A DNA stretch of 64,000 nt from assembly GCA_964035545.1 (NCBI GenBank), contig OZ037766.1:4702722-4766721 (forward strand). Reading direction: 5' to 3'. The DNA comes from Bugula neritina (Eukaryota; Animalia; Bryozoa). The first letter of the stretch is position 1, and every line of letters starts with the position of its first letter. Shown here piece by piece: positions 11,334 through 38,792 of this stretch. The position numbers and the translations under genes were made by a program. The notes beneath the pieces were generated by a model, which was not told the DNA's origin, searched no databases, and saw only the letters and a program-made list of their open reading frames with translations.

Positions 11334-12032
11334 GTGAGAAACTTATATGACAGTAAGTCATCTTCAGTATTGCGTTATTGCATTGTATGCTAATGCATTA
11401 AATTTCTACTAAATGTGCAATATTATAGGAAAATACAATGTAGTAGATTGAGGTGTGAAGCATAGCAGCAATAAAACGTTTTGTGTGTCATACATCGTAA
11501 TAATATTACAATAATATAGTGCTTCTTACATGAGTAATGCAGTTTGCTGGAGAATTTGCAATTCCTTTAGAAAAATATAAACAAAGTGCAACCAATTTGA
11601 AAGTTGTCTGCCCATTAGTCATGGATTAATGGTCATTGAATAAATATTTACATTTAAAACTTTTGCTATTGATAACAATTTGCAAAAATAAATATGTATA
11701 AGAAGTGCATGATAAAAAATATAGTGATATGCAAATCATTGCATTTGCAATTCAATCACCTATTAAAATATAATTTGTGTACAATGTCAAAAATAAAATG
11801 GTTTCAATGTCTACAATAATGGGAATGTTTTATTATACTCCGTAAATAATAAGGAAAGGCAGAACAGAGCACTTAATTATATACATGTATCTATACAACT
11901 GCATGGATAACTCAGATATATTACCAAGATTATATGTAATCAGATTATAATAATAAAACTATAAATAATGTGTGTTGCTATATAATAATATAGAACAGCT
12001 AGTCTACTGCATAATCTCCAATCGCTTCCATG

Positions 12033-12961
12033 TTACTTTGGCGATGCATGGCTAGTTACCTGGTGATAATATATACTTTTTGCATACTATAATATATATA
12101 ATGTTGTATATCAAGTTCTGCACCTGTGCTGTGTATTGCTCTATATAGTCTATAAAGTAGTAACCCTCGGAAGGTGTGGATAAAAATAAACTTTCAGAAT
12201 GAGGTAAATCAGAATTTAGTTTAATTGCTTTGATAAAATCGAGAAGAAAGTTATCCACCTCTGTCATAATGTTGATATATACATGACCCCTACTATGGAG
12301 TGCCAAATGGTCAAAAATTCTCCTATTATTGCATCTCATATGCTTATAATAAAGCATCTAGCTATTATTCTCTCTCATATGCAGAGTATATTATGAACCC
12401 AAATATTAATCTTTAAATTGTTTGTGAAACCATATATAAAATAAATTTTATGACAAACTTAAGATACTGCTTCTAGTCAATAACTTTGTTGCAGTTATAA
12501 CTGTTTTATCCAAATTTACAGGTTAGGTTTCAGACAAATATTATTATTTGAAGGAGAAAATTGTGATAGCTCAAGTGCTGAATAAATAATTAGTTTAAAT
12601 TCTCCGTTTTTGAAAGAGCATAAGTTCTTTTTTAAATTTGATCTAGCTCTAAAGTTATGCGCATTATTCATCAGTTTGCTGCAGAACTATGAGTTATAAT
12701 CAGTATGAGTCATAATCAGCATGAATCATAACCAGTTATTACCATAACTAGTTTCAGTACTGTTAGGTTTCAGTGTATTACATTAAAGAGGGAATTATGG
12801 GTTTCACAGAAAGAAGAACTTCTTGGGTCATATGATTAGCTCTTAATTGCAATAATGCATTTGGTATATTTTAGTTATAAACTGTCAACTTCATTCAGCT
12901 CACAGTTCTAACTGTTGTGAACACATATTAGAGAAATACTAAGACTCTCACCTGGACCCAT
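12033..12961 (-). CDS. Candidate 57-aa three-exon small protein, unknown
   Basis: join(12961-12952, 12260-12124, 12059-12033) is phase-compatible and gives MGPEVDNFLLDFIKAIKLNSDLPHSESLFLSTPSEGYYFIDYIEQYTAQVTSHASPK*. First donor GTGAGA is strong, second donor GTGCAG is weak. No family recognised. Confidence 0.25.
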
Positions 12962-15233
12962 CTATTAATTCATTGTGCAGATAAATAGATCTAATTTTAT
13001 TTCCTACAGAATGACCTATTGTGTGCAATGTTTATGGTATGCTACGTCTATAACGTTCTTCACAAAGCTGTTCAGTTTCTTAATACTTGTCATTTAGTCT
13101 CTTTGTATTAAGTTAGATTGTTTTTGTTGATAGCAGCTGATGAAGGACAAGGGATTACATTATTCTACTGTCACTCTGCTCCATTAGTCTAAGTTTTGTG
13201 GTGTGTGCAGCTCTAATGTCTAAAGAAGAATTCATAGGAAGTACAAGATAGGAGCAAAGTTTCCAGGAAGATTTTCTTCTTCCCATTAGACACTAATATA
13301 TGGTTGTAGGTCTAACGTTGTTATACATTATAGATCACAGGGTTTGATTTTGGGTTATTAAATTTACTTTAACCAGGTGGCCAACTTTTTTTCATATGCC
13401 AAAGCATATTATTTTTTGCTAGTTATTATAATACATAACATGTTTTCAAATATTAGCATATAATAATATATAATGTTATAGTAAAATAGCACAGCACAAT
13501 ACAATATTATAGTGCTTATTACTTTATGATTTTCTATCTGTAATAGTGCATTACCTTTTTTATTCTAAAACTAGAGTAGTGGTAGATTTGGTATCTTGCT
13601 GCCAGACATTGACAAACTTATAGTTAATTATACATAATTGGCAGCTTTACAATAAATTCAATATCTGAAAATTATAAAGCTAACAAAACATTAAGGTTAA
13701 TAATTAAAAACTTGCCCAGAAGGTTTGTAATAGATTTATAACGACTATTAAAACTCCTATTTCCAGTTTTAAGTGTATGCTCAAAGTTGAAATTATGGGA
13801 AGGTCAATGAAATTAAATTGCAGGAAAACCTTTTCCTGTTGCAACATATGCATGTTGTAATATTACCATTCCTCTTCCTACTCGGTGCATATGAAGTGTA
13901 GCTTGTATTCTATCAAAGGTCAACATACTGTGCTAACAAACTGACTGGCTTGAGTTTAAATCTCTATGGTAATTTATAAAACTGCATGTAAATCATGTCT
14001 AACTTGCTATAGAAACAACCTGTCTCTGCCAATAGCCTTGCATAACACTGAGCATGTCTTAGTCAGGCCACTCATTAGCATAAAAATAGAAGTCTTCCAT
14101 TTCCTTTCACATGAAAATGTGTGAAAACATCACCTGAAATGAGTATATAACACTCAAGTTGCGCTTTGTAGGCTTCATTACAGACACTTATAAAGTATTA
14201 CAAAACTAGACCATCTTTCATTGATGTATAACCGCTATATCTTGCAACACCAACACTTTCCTATTGGTTGTTTTTATAAGATGCTAAAATAATAACAAGA
14301 TATTGTTTTTCTTAGAAGATAAACTCTAAGTTAAAAAGGAAGATATAATTATTCAATTTAAAATACATTAGGAGTTGTCTTCTCTCTACTAGTGAAGTAA
14401 ATTAGATAGCTGCAGAATATAATAGTAACTTTATATTTTACTATATTTATGTTTTGTTCAACAATCATTGTGTTGGGTTATAAAACAATGCATGAAATCT
14501 GGCAAGACGACTCCCAACTAAATTCTACATCAGACTATATTCTAATCTCGATTTCATCTCCAGGCATCTTTAAAGGAAATATCTTTTGAAACTAAAGAGT
14601 TTTTGATGAGGTTGAAAACAAGAATTGTGGTTATTTTGGCAACTAGCAAATTGGTTTCAAGCAACAGTCAGGTCTTGCTGATTTCTCTTTGAATTTTTAA
14701 GGAGTTTGTTGTTTAATTTCTAACAATGCCAATTAAGGCCAGGTGTTGCAAGGTTGTGCTTTTCTCAAGAGGTTGTATTCCTATATAACAGCTGATATGC
14801 AGTGGCATTGCTTGTGCTGCATACAATATTAGCCAAAATTATACCTACAGATGTTCATGTAAAGTTTTGCATCACAACATCATTATGAACTTAAAACAGT
14901 TGAATGCTTGTTTTTTTTAATTTTCTTGTCTGCATATTTTGGTGTTTATATTAAAACTATAAGAAAGAACTTCAGTGGTTCTAATTAGCATATTATGTTC
15001 AACCACCATTCGGGTAGTGAAATTGAAAGATTGTGATAAATTGCTTCATTAATGCGGTTGGGAAATGTCAACTGAGGATGTGATTAGCCAATCAGCTTGC
15101 AGGTGCCAGTCTATCACTATTATAATGACAATAAAATTAGTATTTATCTTGCAGATAATATATTGGGGTGAAAGGTCACAGTGCACTGCTATCGCGACAA
15201 TGCAAAGACTAGAAAGTAGCCAGTTTTAGAGAA

Positions 15234-30268
<15,035 letters not shown>

Positions 30269-31305
30269 GCTTCACTTGCCACATCAAGCTTCTAACTGGA
30301 ACTAACATCACAGTTGCACTACGTTAGTTTTAGTTAGAGGAAGCTATATGTGCTTCTGTAAACTATATGTAGATTATGTATATAAGTATATTGTACAGAA
30401 TAACGTTGAAATAAAAGTATTATAAATAAAATGATGTATTTTGCATTCTTTGAAATATTATTTTGTATAGAAAATAAAAATACACTGCATTAAAGATCAG
30501 TCGCAGATATCATTCATGAGGGTTAGATGGGAATTTAAATGGGAATTGATCAGACAGTATCAAACTTGGCTCTACTGATATTATGAAACCGCTAAAAGTT
30601 GTCAGACTTGCTGGCAATAATTTCATGATTATGTAAAACCTCCCCAGCTGCTGACTGATATATTCATTGCTACCAGAGATGCGGCATGCTGCATGAGTGT
30701 AGCAATTGCCTTTACCAATTAATGCTTTACTAATTTTATGTCTAGAAGGCACACGCTAGCTGTCTTGAACATAACAGGCATTCGGTGTTAAAAAAATTCC
30801 AGTTGTGATTCAAGTGCTTGCATCTTTTTTCATCAATTTTCCTAAATCAGATGGGGTTAAAAAGCTGCCATATACATATTTTAATCACCTGGATAGATAC
30901 AAATAGTCATATGCATTATATTTTCGAACAGCTATATGTAAGAGTTCTGCTGTGTCATGAAAAGCTTGAAAATAAACCTCTAGAAAAAAGCTGTTCTGGT
31001 AAAAACTCTATGACCAAATACAATGCAATACGTATAATCCTACACAATAAAAAAAATAACAGCTTCATTTCATTAAACAACCTCATTCGGAGCAATGGAC
31101 CTGCATATGGTTTTGGAAACTTGATGAGAAAATTCGAATGCACTAAAGTTGGCTAGAAGCAATGAGTTGGATCTCAACTTCATATCGACTCTAATATTTT
31201 GCATTCACTGAAAACTAACTTGGTGCAGCAAGCCTGCAGTCTACTTTTAATGTTTTATAGGGCTTATGTGTTTATTTTTAATTATTATAATTCTCCCCAG
31301 CAGGG

Positions 31306-31495
31306 GAGGTGGGCCGTGCTTGGAGGTACTGCAATACCAAGACAACCCGTGACAGAGCCGAAGCAAGCTTCTGCGCTCCGTCCATTTACAAAAATCAGAT
31401 TAATATCATAGTGACACGATGTGCCACGAATCAGATATTAAACTGATTAGAACAGATACTACACTTTGATCTTAGCCAATAGGCCGAGAAGCGAT
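31306..31495 (-). ncRNA. U2: U2 spliceosomal snRNA
   Basis: Minus strand begins ATCGCTTCTCGGCCTATTGGCTAAGATCAAAGTGTAGTATCTGTTCT (branch-site recognition GTAGTA), has the Sm site ATTTTTG and the stem-loop IV loop ATTGCAGTACC. About 190 nt; 3' end approximate. Confidence 0.97.
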
Positions 31496-31542
31496 ACCGT
31501 TAACAGATCGACAAATGATATTTAAACTGCTTTTTAAAAAAA

Positions 31543-31556
31543 TACTCAGGTGTGTT
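31543..31556 (-). promoter_or_regulatory. Candidate snRNA proximal sequence element (PSE)
   Basis: ACACACCTGAGTA on the minus strand at about -48 to -60 from the U2 start; position and loose similarity to the TCACC-type PSE consensus only. Confidence 0.35.
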
Positions 31557-31954
31557 ATTAACATGAAACACAATACTTTGATAAAATTTAATAAAAAAAC
31601 AAGCAATATTTTTAAAAGTTTCAATCAAAATAATTTATAAAGTTTTGAATAAATTTTTTTAAGTAAAATAGCAGAACTATAAAATAATGAGTTAAAGATT
31701 GCTAATTTGTATCAACGTCATCAATTTTAAGTTATCTCCCGTGCTACAAAATTCGAGCAAAGATGTACAATATTGCCAGACTGCATAAGATTCATTATCT
31801 TAGGTGCGGGGCCTCGAAGGCTTCGGAGGCGGATCACGGCAACACGTGCTAAGTTTCATATTAAATATCAATATGAAATTAAATAGGATATTCATATTGT
31901 AGTTGAATAGTGTACTGACTACTCTATAGTTGTTATTTGACAGAGGAACATTAA

Positions 31955-33968
31955 CATTGCACACGACTTACTCAGACGAGTGCATTAAAAGAACTGCCTT
32001 GATTTGACTTTGAGTAGGACTAGGTGTTAACACACAATCATTATAATTATAATAAGGTCAAGATGTAAGATAATCATAATAAGATATCACTTCGAGTAAT
32101 ATTAAATTTAATATTATAATTATTACTAATACTAATAGTAATACTAATAGTAATAGTATTACTATTAGTAAATGTAATAGTACTGTAAGTGTAAGTGTAA
32201 TACTAATAGTAATACACTTACAGTTACAGTAATACTAATACTAATAGTAATACTTATAGTATTAGTAATACTTATACTAATAGTAATAGTAATCCTATAA
32301 CTATAAGTATAAGTATTACTATTAGTATTACTATTAGTATAACTATAAGTTTGCTATTAAGAATAAGTTCAACTATTGAATGATTGGATTAAAACATTAC
32401 ATAATGATAATGGCAATCATAATCATAATGGTAATAATAATACCAATACTATTAGTATTGTTATTACCATTAAGGCATTATGATTATGATGATAGTAACA
32501 GTTTCAGTTTGAGTTTGCACAATGACAAGCTAAATTCATAATTATAATAACACTATTAATGAAATTTGAATTATGTAATCAATTAGTATTAGATAGCACT
32601 ACTAAAACTAGTAAAACATTACATAATTATATTTATAATACTAATAGTATCACTGTAATAATATTTCACTAGTAGTAGCCCAACTACGACTAGTAGTACT
32701 AGTAGTAGTATTTGTACTTGTATTTCAATTTTATACTCTTACAGTAACACTAATTTTAAACAGTTTAGAGTTAGTGTTACACTTATTACTTATTATATTA
32801 GTATTATTAATATTATTAATGTTATTAGCATTACGTTTTGACTTGCTTATTAAGTTATGGTTATACTCAGTCTCATAGTTTTAGTTTTACATAGTTGATA
32901 TTGATAATGTTATTATAATTATTAATATTTCAAACTGAACCAAATACCAAACATTGCTGATTACTAATTACACATATTCATATTGATAATCTCATTAAAT
33001 TTGATCATAATTGGCATTTTAAATTGTTTATTCCTCATCTTAACCACAAATATTGGTTTTTAAATTGCGGATTCAAATCAAACACAATGAATAAATATAA
33101 TAATTTTATTATTTTATCAATAATGATAATATTTTATTGTAATTGTTTTATACCTATAACTATAAGTATACATTTTAGGCCAGCCACTGCCAGTCAACCT
33201 TTGAATGACTCCGGGTCGTACTCATACTAAATAACTATTACTACTATTACTATTAGTATTACTATAATTTTAGTCATGGTAATCTAAATCAAAATGTGAT
33301 GACTAATATTTATGTTATAGTAATACTATAACTATAGTAATTCTAGTTAATAGTAATTATATAGCTATAACTATTAGTATTACTCATACCTAAATTTACA
33401 CTCTTAGAAGCTAGAGCTATTACTATTAGTATTACTATTAACTACTGGTACTTGTACTTAAACTTAAAGCAAGTCTTATAGTAATACTAATAGTAATAGT
33501 GATACACTACCTTTCCAAGCTTAAGCTTCGAATTGGAATTGGATGCAAATGGACTCTTCATTAGATGTTTGAAAACAGTTGCATGGAATGAAACCACAAC
33601 CACAAATTCATCAGTAGAGCATCTATTCCCATAATGCAAAGAATAGAACCCAGTGATACTGATAGTCCTTCTAATACTCATATTTGTAATGTGTGTTTTT
33701 GTTTAAACTTTTAACTGTTATGTAATATATATAATTATACCTTGGGAGCTTGGGCTGTGCAAACTATTATGTAATGTTTTAGTACTGTTAGTGTTATGTA
33801 TTATGTGTTTAACTTGTGTAAACTATTAGTAAATTATGATAATCTCTAAGGAATGTTTTAATCCAATCATGGGTTGTATGAAAACACTCAGATTGGGGCA
33901 GTTCTTGTAGTCGTAATGCACTGTCTAAGGGAGTTGTATGGCTCTTTCTATGGCATTTCCAGTGCAAT
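31955..33968. repeat. Degenerate inverted duplication enclosing hexamer-periodic low-complexity DNA
   Basis: Collinear inverted blocks, including an exact 19-mer ATGATTGGATTAAAACATT (32380-32398 vs reverse complement of 33852-33870), AAGAACTGCC, AGTGCATTA and TAAAACATTACATAAT. Interior dominated by CTATTA/GTATTA/CTATAA/GTAATA hexamers. Confidence 0.75.
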
Positions 33969-34155
33969 ATAAAATCAAATATATCAAATTATTTTAACAT
34001 TGCTAATATTGACCAACTCATTGTCATCTTTCAAACAATGTTTAGGTCACTAACTAATATTACTGATTGTTGTTCTTAAAATGGTGTATAAAACAGTTAT
34101 TTGTTTTCAGAGTAGAAGCAATCCCTGAAAGGTTTTTAAGTTAGATACTGATTCA

Positions 34156-36793
34156 ATGGCACAGACAGAAATAGCAAAATCTGAGTCAAACATCTTCACT
34201 TCTAAGAAAAGTGCATCTGTCTTGTTGATAGCGAGAGATTTTGAAAAGTGTCTGGAAGTTTGCAAAGAGGTTTTGAGGCTGCGTCGTTTAGACAACCTAG
34301 AAGACAAAAAAAGTGGCACAACAGAGAATGAAAACTTATCTTTAAAACTGTCACAGTAAGTATAGTGAGTCTTGGTTAGTAGCATTTATTGCATAACAAA
34401 TTAGGACTAGTGACTTTGGAAAATGCCACATTCTTGTAGAATTGTTGATGTTTTAGATATGAAGAAACGGAGCATTTAATAGTGATATTAATTCAAGCTC
34501 TCGCTGAGTTAGAGCGGTGGGAGGAGGTGTTGCCCTACATTACAGACTACTACCACGGAATTGAGAATGTCTCTGCATATGTCCTCAAGTTGTGGTACTA
34601 CTATATGTAATATACACAGGAGTATAGCAGTATTTCAAAGCATTGTTTAATGATTTCACATTAAGTGCCGGTTGCTATCTGGTATTTTATACTGTATTTA
34701 AACTTATACTGTATAGACATATACTGTATAGACATATACTGTATAGACTCATATTGTATATACTTATACTGTATAGAATTATACTGTATATACTTATACT
34801 GTATAGACTTATACTGTATAGACTTATACTGTATAAAATTATACTGTATAGACTTATACTGTATAGACTTATACTGTATAGACTTATACTGTATAGACAT
34901 ATACTGTTTAGACTTATACTGTATAGACTTGGGAGATTTATTGTGGTTTTAGTTTGCTACTACATGCCAGAGTGAGAGAGTACAGTATCTGCTCTGCCAT
35001 ATACAATATCTGGATGAGAGCTAATGCACAGAGTAATTCTGATCAAAATGTAGGCACCTCACAAATATATATATATATATCTATAATATATAAACTAGGA
35101 ATTAGTTATCTTATGTAACTGCTTTGCCATAATATTGAATTATTGGGAAACAGTTGATTGGTAAATTTTTTTAAATGTTTTTCTATAAAAGTTGATCTGT
35201 ATTTACTAGCAAAGCCGCCAGATAGAGTTTTGTCTACCTATAAATAGAATATTAATACTAGTGTGAATATTAACTTATCTCTATTAGTGAAGTGAGAGAT
35301 ATGAGGATACATCTTGCAGACTTTTGACTTTGTGTAAAGTGGGCAGTGGCCAGGAGTTATAGTATAGAAGGCCGTGACATCATAATGCAACGATGCAGCT
35401 TACTGGGTCATCACTTTCAAACTCATAGCCACTTCTTCATAGAAAGTTCTAGAATGCTGCTGGTTTCCTGTTAGCGGGGCCATCAGCTCCTCATGCTGGT
35501 TACTTCCACAATCAGAGCAGAAGCTTTGTTACTTGTAGGAATAAAAGTTACCTCCCCATAAGCAGTTAACAGTCTGTTCCCATGTTATTTGTATTGTAGG
35601 ATATAAGTGCGCTTGTGGATGTGTACATTAAACACGTTTTGCTACCAACTGGCAAAGCTTCAGAAGTTGAGGGCTTTCTGCACTCCACACATTTAGATGA
35701 GGCGAGTCAGCAAAAATTACTATCTGCATATGAAGAGGTTATTCAGAAATCTCGAGCCTTAGGCTCCTCTGTAGGAGACGAGGAGAAAGAAAAAAAGAAA
35801 GTTTCTCGGCATAATTCACAGGCTTTCCTCGGTTAGCAACTCATGTTATTTTATTTTAGTAAAACTAAAAATGCACTACTTTTGTAATACTGATCTTATA
35901 AGCATTTGACTTGGACCCTATACTAGCCTATATAGATAGTTGATATTGTTAGAAAGCCATCATGAAAGTTATCATGTGCAAACAACTTCAACATTACATT
36001 CATTTAATAGTTTGAGGGTCTGAAGCTTTTATTCATGTGAATTTTTACTTTTACTTTTTACTTGTGTGTTTTATGTTTACTGTTTCTCTATATCTGTTCT
36101 CAACTGTTTATAAATAACATTGTATGCTATGTAGACAGTATTGTTGGAAAAGCCTTCAGAGTGGCCGGTGTTGTAATTCGGTGGTTTCGAACCATTCAGC
36201 CCCGTAGAGTTGCTGGGATTTTGGTTTCTTTGGCAGGACTAGCTGCGTTTGCAGCTGTTGTGTCGAATGGTGTACCTGCAGGTAAAGTTTGTCATCACAT
36301 CTTGTGAATAATCTGTTGGCAGTTTTTGTAAATTAGGTTGACATGCTAATATTTTATTTAAAAATTTTTGATTTTATAAGTTGTAATTTTATTGCAAATT
36401 CCTTGAAAATATAAATTTTCATTTTCCAATAAAGCTGTTTTCTTTAGTAATTTTACTAATACTTAAAACAAGATTGTATTACAATCATTCAATATTCTTG
36501 GATCCAAGGTTACTGTTGACTGCAGCTTAAGAATGAATTTTAATGTCACAGTAAATTAAATAACAATGTAAATATTAAATATTTTTATGCTGCACATTCA
36601 AATTAGGAGTTATCTTATCTTACACAAACAAAATTAGCATTTATTCGCTATATATGTTTTATTGTGATAAGATTTTACAACAGTACAATTATCTCTACTG
36701 ATTTCATGTTCAATGGTTTTTTTTATTTTAGCAATATTTGATGTTATTTTGGATCAATTGATTTTCCGACGGCATCGAACCTTTTGCAAGTGA
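34156..36793 (+). CDS. PEX26: Peroxisome assembly protein 26 (PEX26), ~291 aa, 6 coding exons
   Basis: Exons 34156-34355, 34457-34594, 34953-35049, 35600-35831, 36135-36281, 36732-36793 (876 nt, open). IQALAELERWEEVLPYITDYY...VLKLCLLLH and YIKHVLLPTG match the PEX26 motifs IQALAEMDRWQEVL...LELCILLY and QRVLLPLG. C-terminal hydrophobic anchor VAGILVSLAGLAAFAAVV with a short basic tail. Confidence 0.88.
34687..34930 (+). repeat. 15-bp minisatellite (ACTTATACTGTATAG, ~16 units) in PEX26 intron
   Basis: Directly visible; explains the ILYRL, CIDLY and SIQYK ORFs. Confidence 0.96.
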
Positions 36794-37659
36794 ATCGTCA
36801 GGTGACCTACAATTGCTCTTCTTCACTCGTTACTTACCTACACTGTTCACATTGGTTTGTGCTTTGTTGGTTAATTTTGTTTACAAAGTTGTTTATGTCT
36901 GTGTTACATGTTAATATTGTTTTTAATGTTTAAGTTATACATTGCAGTCAAAGCTATTTTTAATAATGTTAGATGTGCTCTGTAATTCCACATTTATTTA
37001 TTGATTCATTGTCTAAATACATGTAAATATTGTTAAGTTTTTTTTAATTCGCAAGGATGTTTTTTCTCTTAAATTTGTATGTACTTCACCATTATTATAG
37101 TTGTATTGTTTTCAAAATTGTTGAGTCGGTTTACTCGCAATGCTGCTTTAAGAATGATTTCATATTTTTGATGATTATAAATAAAATCATTCATTGCATT
37201 GCAAACTCTCTATTTTGCTTTAATGCAATTTAGAAGCGTAGTAGTGGAATCAAACTTTATAATTTATAAGTTGTAACATCAAGTTGCACTGCTGTTATTC
37301 GATGTATACATTGTATGCATTTGTAGACAGCCAAGCATCAAAATGTTCTATTTTGAAAGTACTGAAGTTTTATTTCAGTAGAAATGTATATTTAGAAATA
37401 TTCTCAACTAGGGAAATACTAAGTGGACATGTCTTTATGAATGAATACCTAATGGCATTTTGCAAATAACTTAGATTAAAGATTGAAGGCCAATTTTAGC
37501 GATACATTTTTCGGGAGGACAACTCATGGTATAGTTGATAGTATAAAATAGTCCAAAAGCCGATATGTTATTATGACAAGTTGGCAAAGAAAATGTCTCC
37601 GTGCAAGGTTTAATAATTATTTAGCCCGCGCATCCGCAATAATATGTACTACTGCAAAT

Positions 37660-38390
37660 CTGTTTAGTTATAGTTATACTCATAGACATAAGTAAATTAG
37701 TAATAGGTCACTCTTTACAAATCAGATCACATTGATAATCACAATGAATGCTTTGTATTTAATAGTTAAATAGGACTGACGAATAACTATAAGACTAAGT
37801 TAGTGTTGCGCTCCAATCACTATTACTATTACTATTAGTATTACTATTACTATTAGTATTACTAGTATTAGTATTACTATTACTAATATTATTATTATAA
37901 CTTAAACTAGTAATACTAATAGTATTAGTATTACTAGTTTAAGTTATAATATTAATATTAATATAAAATTAAGATTATCATTATCAATTCAAAGTTTAAA
38001 GTCAATATGAATAATATTAAATTTTATTTTATTCATTGTTCATTATTGTTTATATTATAATTATTCACTTCACTATCATTATGATTACCATTATGTCTAT
38101 GATTATTCATAATGATATTGTATTCTAATTTATAATATTAATATTAAATAATTAATGAAATCAAAATGCAACATCACTGTGATTATCACTATCAGTTTGA
38201 GTTTTGCCTTTGCCTTTGGTCCTAGAGTTATTGTTAGTGTTACTGTTAGTGCTACTGCTAGTAGTTGGACTTGGTTTAATTCTGCATGTTCAGTGTCCGA
38301 GTCAATCTTTTATTGTAATTGTGATTCTACCAACTACTGTTGGTGTGACTTTGTGTCATATGACCAGCGAGGTCGCCTAATTTAATGCTG
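37660..38390. repeat. Hexamer-periodic low-complexity tract with a 59-bp palindrome, upstream of the NCOA5-like ATG
   Basis: CTATTA/GTATTA runs, doublets such as AGTTAT AGTTAT and TTTGCC TTTGCC, and a perfect palindrome at 37893-37951. Confidence 0.85.
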
Positions 38391-38792
38391 AACTTTTATA
38401 GCAAATTTTAAAATTAAATTTTAATGATTAACATGTTGATGAAATGTAAAATTATTAAGAGTTGGTTAATAAGTCATGGTTATAAAGCCCTTCTAGTCAT
38501 ATAGCATTTCATTAGTATCACAGATGTTATTTTAATATATGTAGATAATTTATAGGAAATATATATCAGGTTGAATTAACTACTAACTACCACTTTATTG
38601 CTGCATAATTACTAAGTTAGTGCTCTAAAATCTAAATTAACCGTCAAATTTGAAATATTTTCATAATTTTTCACAGTTTAAGTATATTTGTTTAGCAGAC
38701 TCAAAAATAATTCTGTGAGATTTAATACTCAAAATATTAAATGCATGCATCACTTGCATTGAGAGTTTTAGTGTTCATTTTTCTCTGTCAAG

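Noticed and set aside
30510-31156. Overlapping ORFs between dachs and U2 as a gene or transposon
   Set aside because: No recognisable motif or consistent splice structure, and other frames are full of stops.
31811-31852. Helitron 3' end (GC hairpin followed by CTAA)
   Set aside because: The hairpin is imperfect, the spacing is long, there is no T after CTRR and no matching 5' TC end was found. A promoter patch is the simpler explanation.
34643-34975. Repetitive proteins ILYRL/CIDLY/SIQYK (likewise RLGY at 40531 and YLHYL at 56682)
   Set aside because: Translations of 12- and 15-bp intronic minisatellites inside spliced genes.
38155-38385. 76-aa secreted Cys-containing peptide ORF
   Set aside because: Lies within the hexamer-periodic tract; the dipeptide alternation reflects DNA periodicity and there is no other support.
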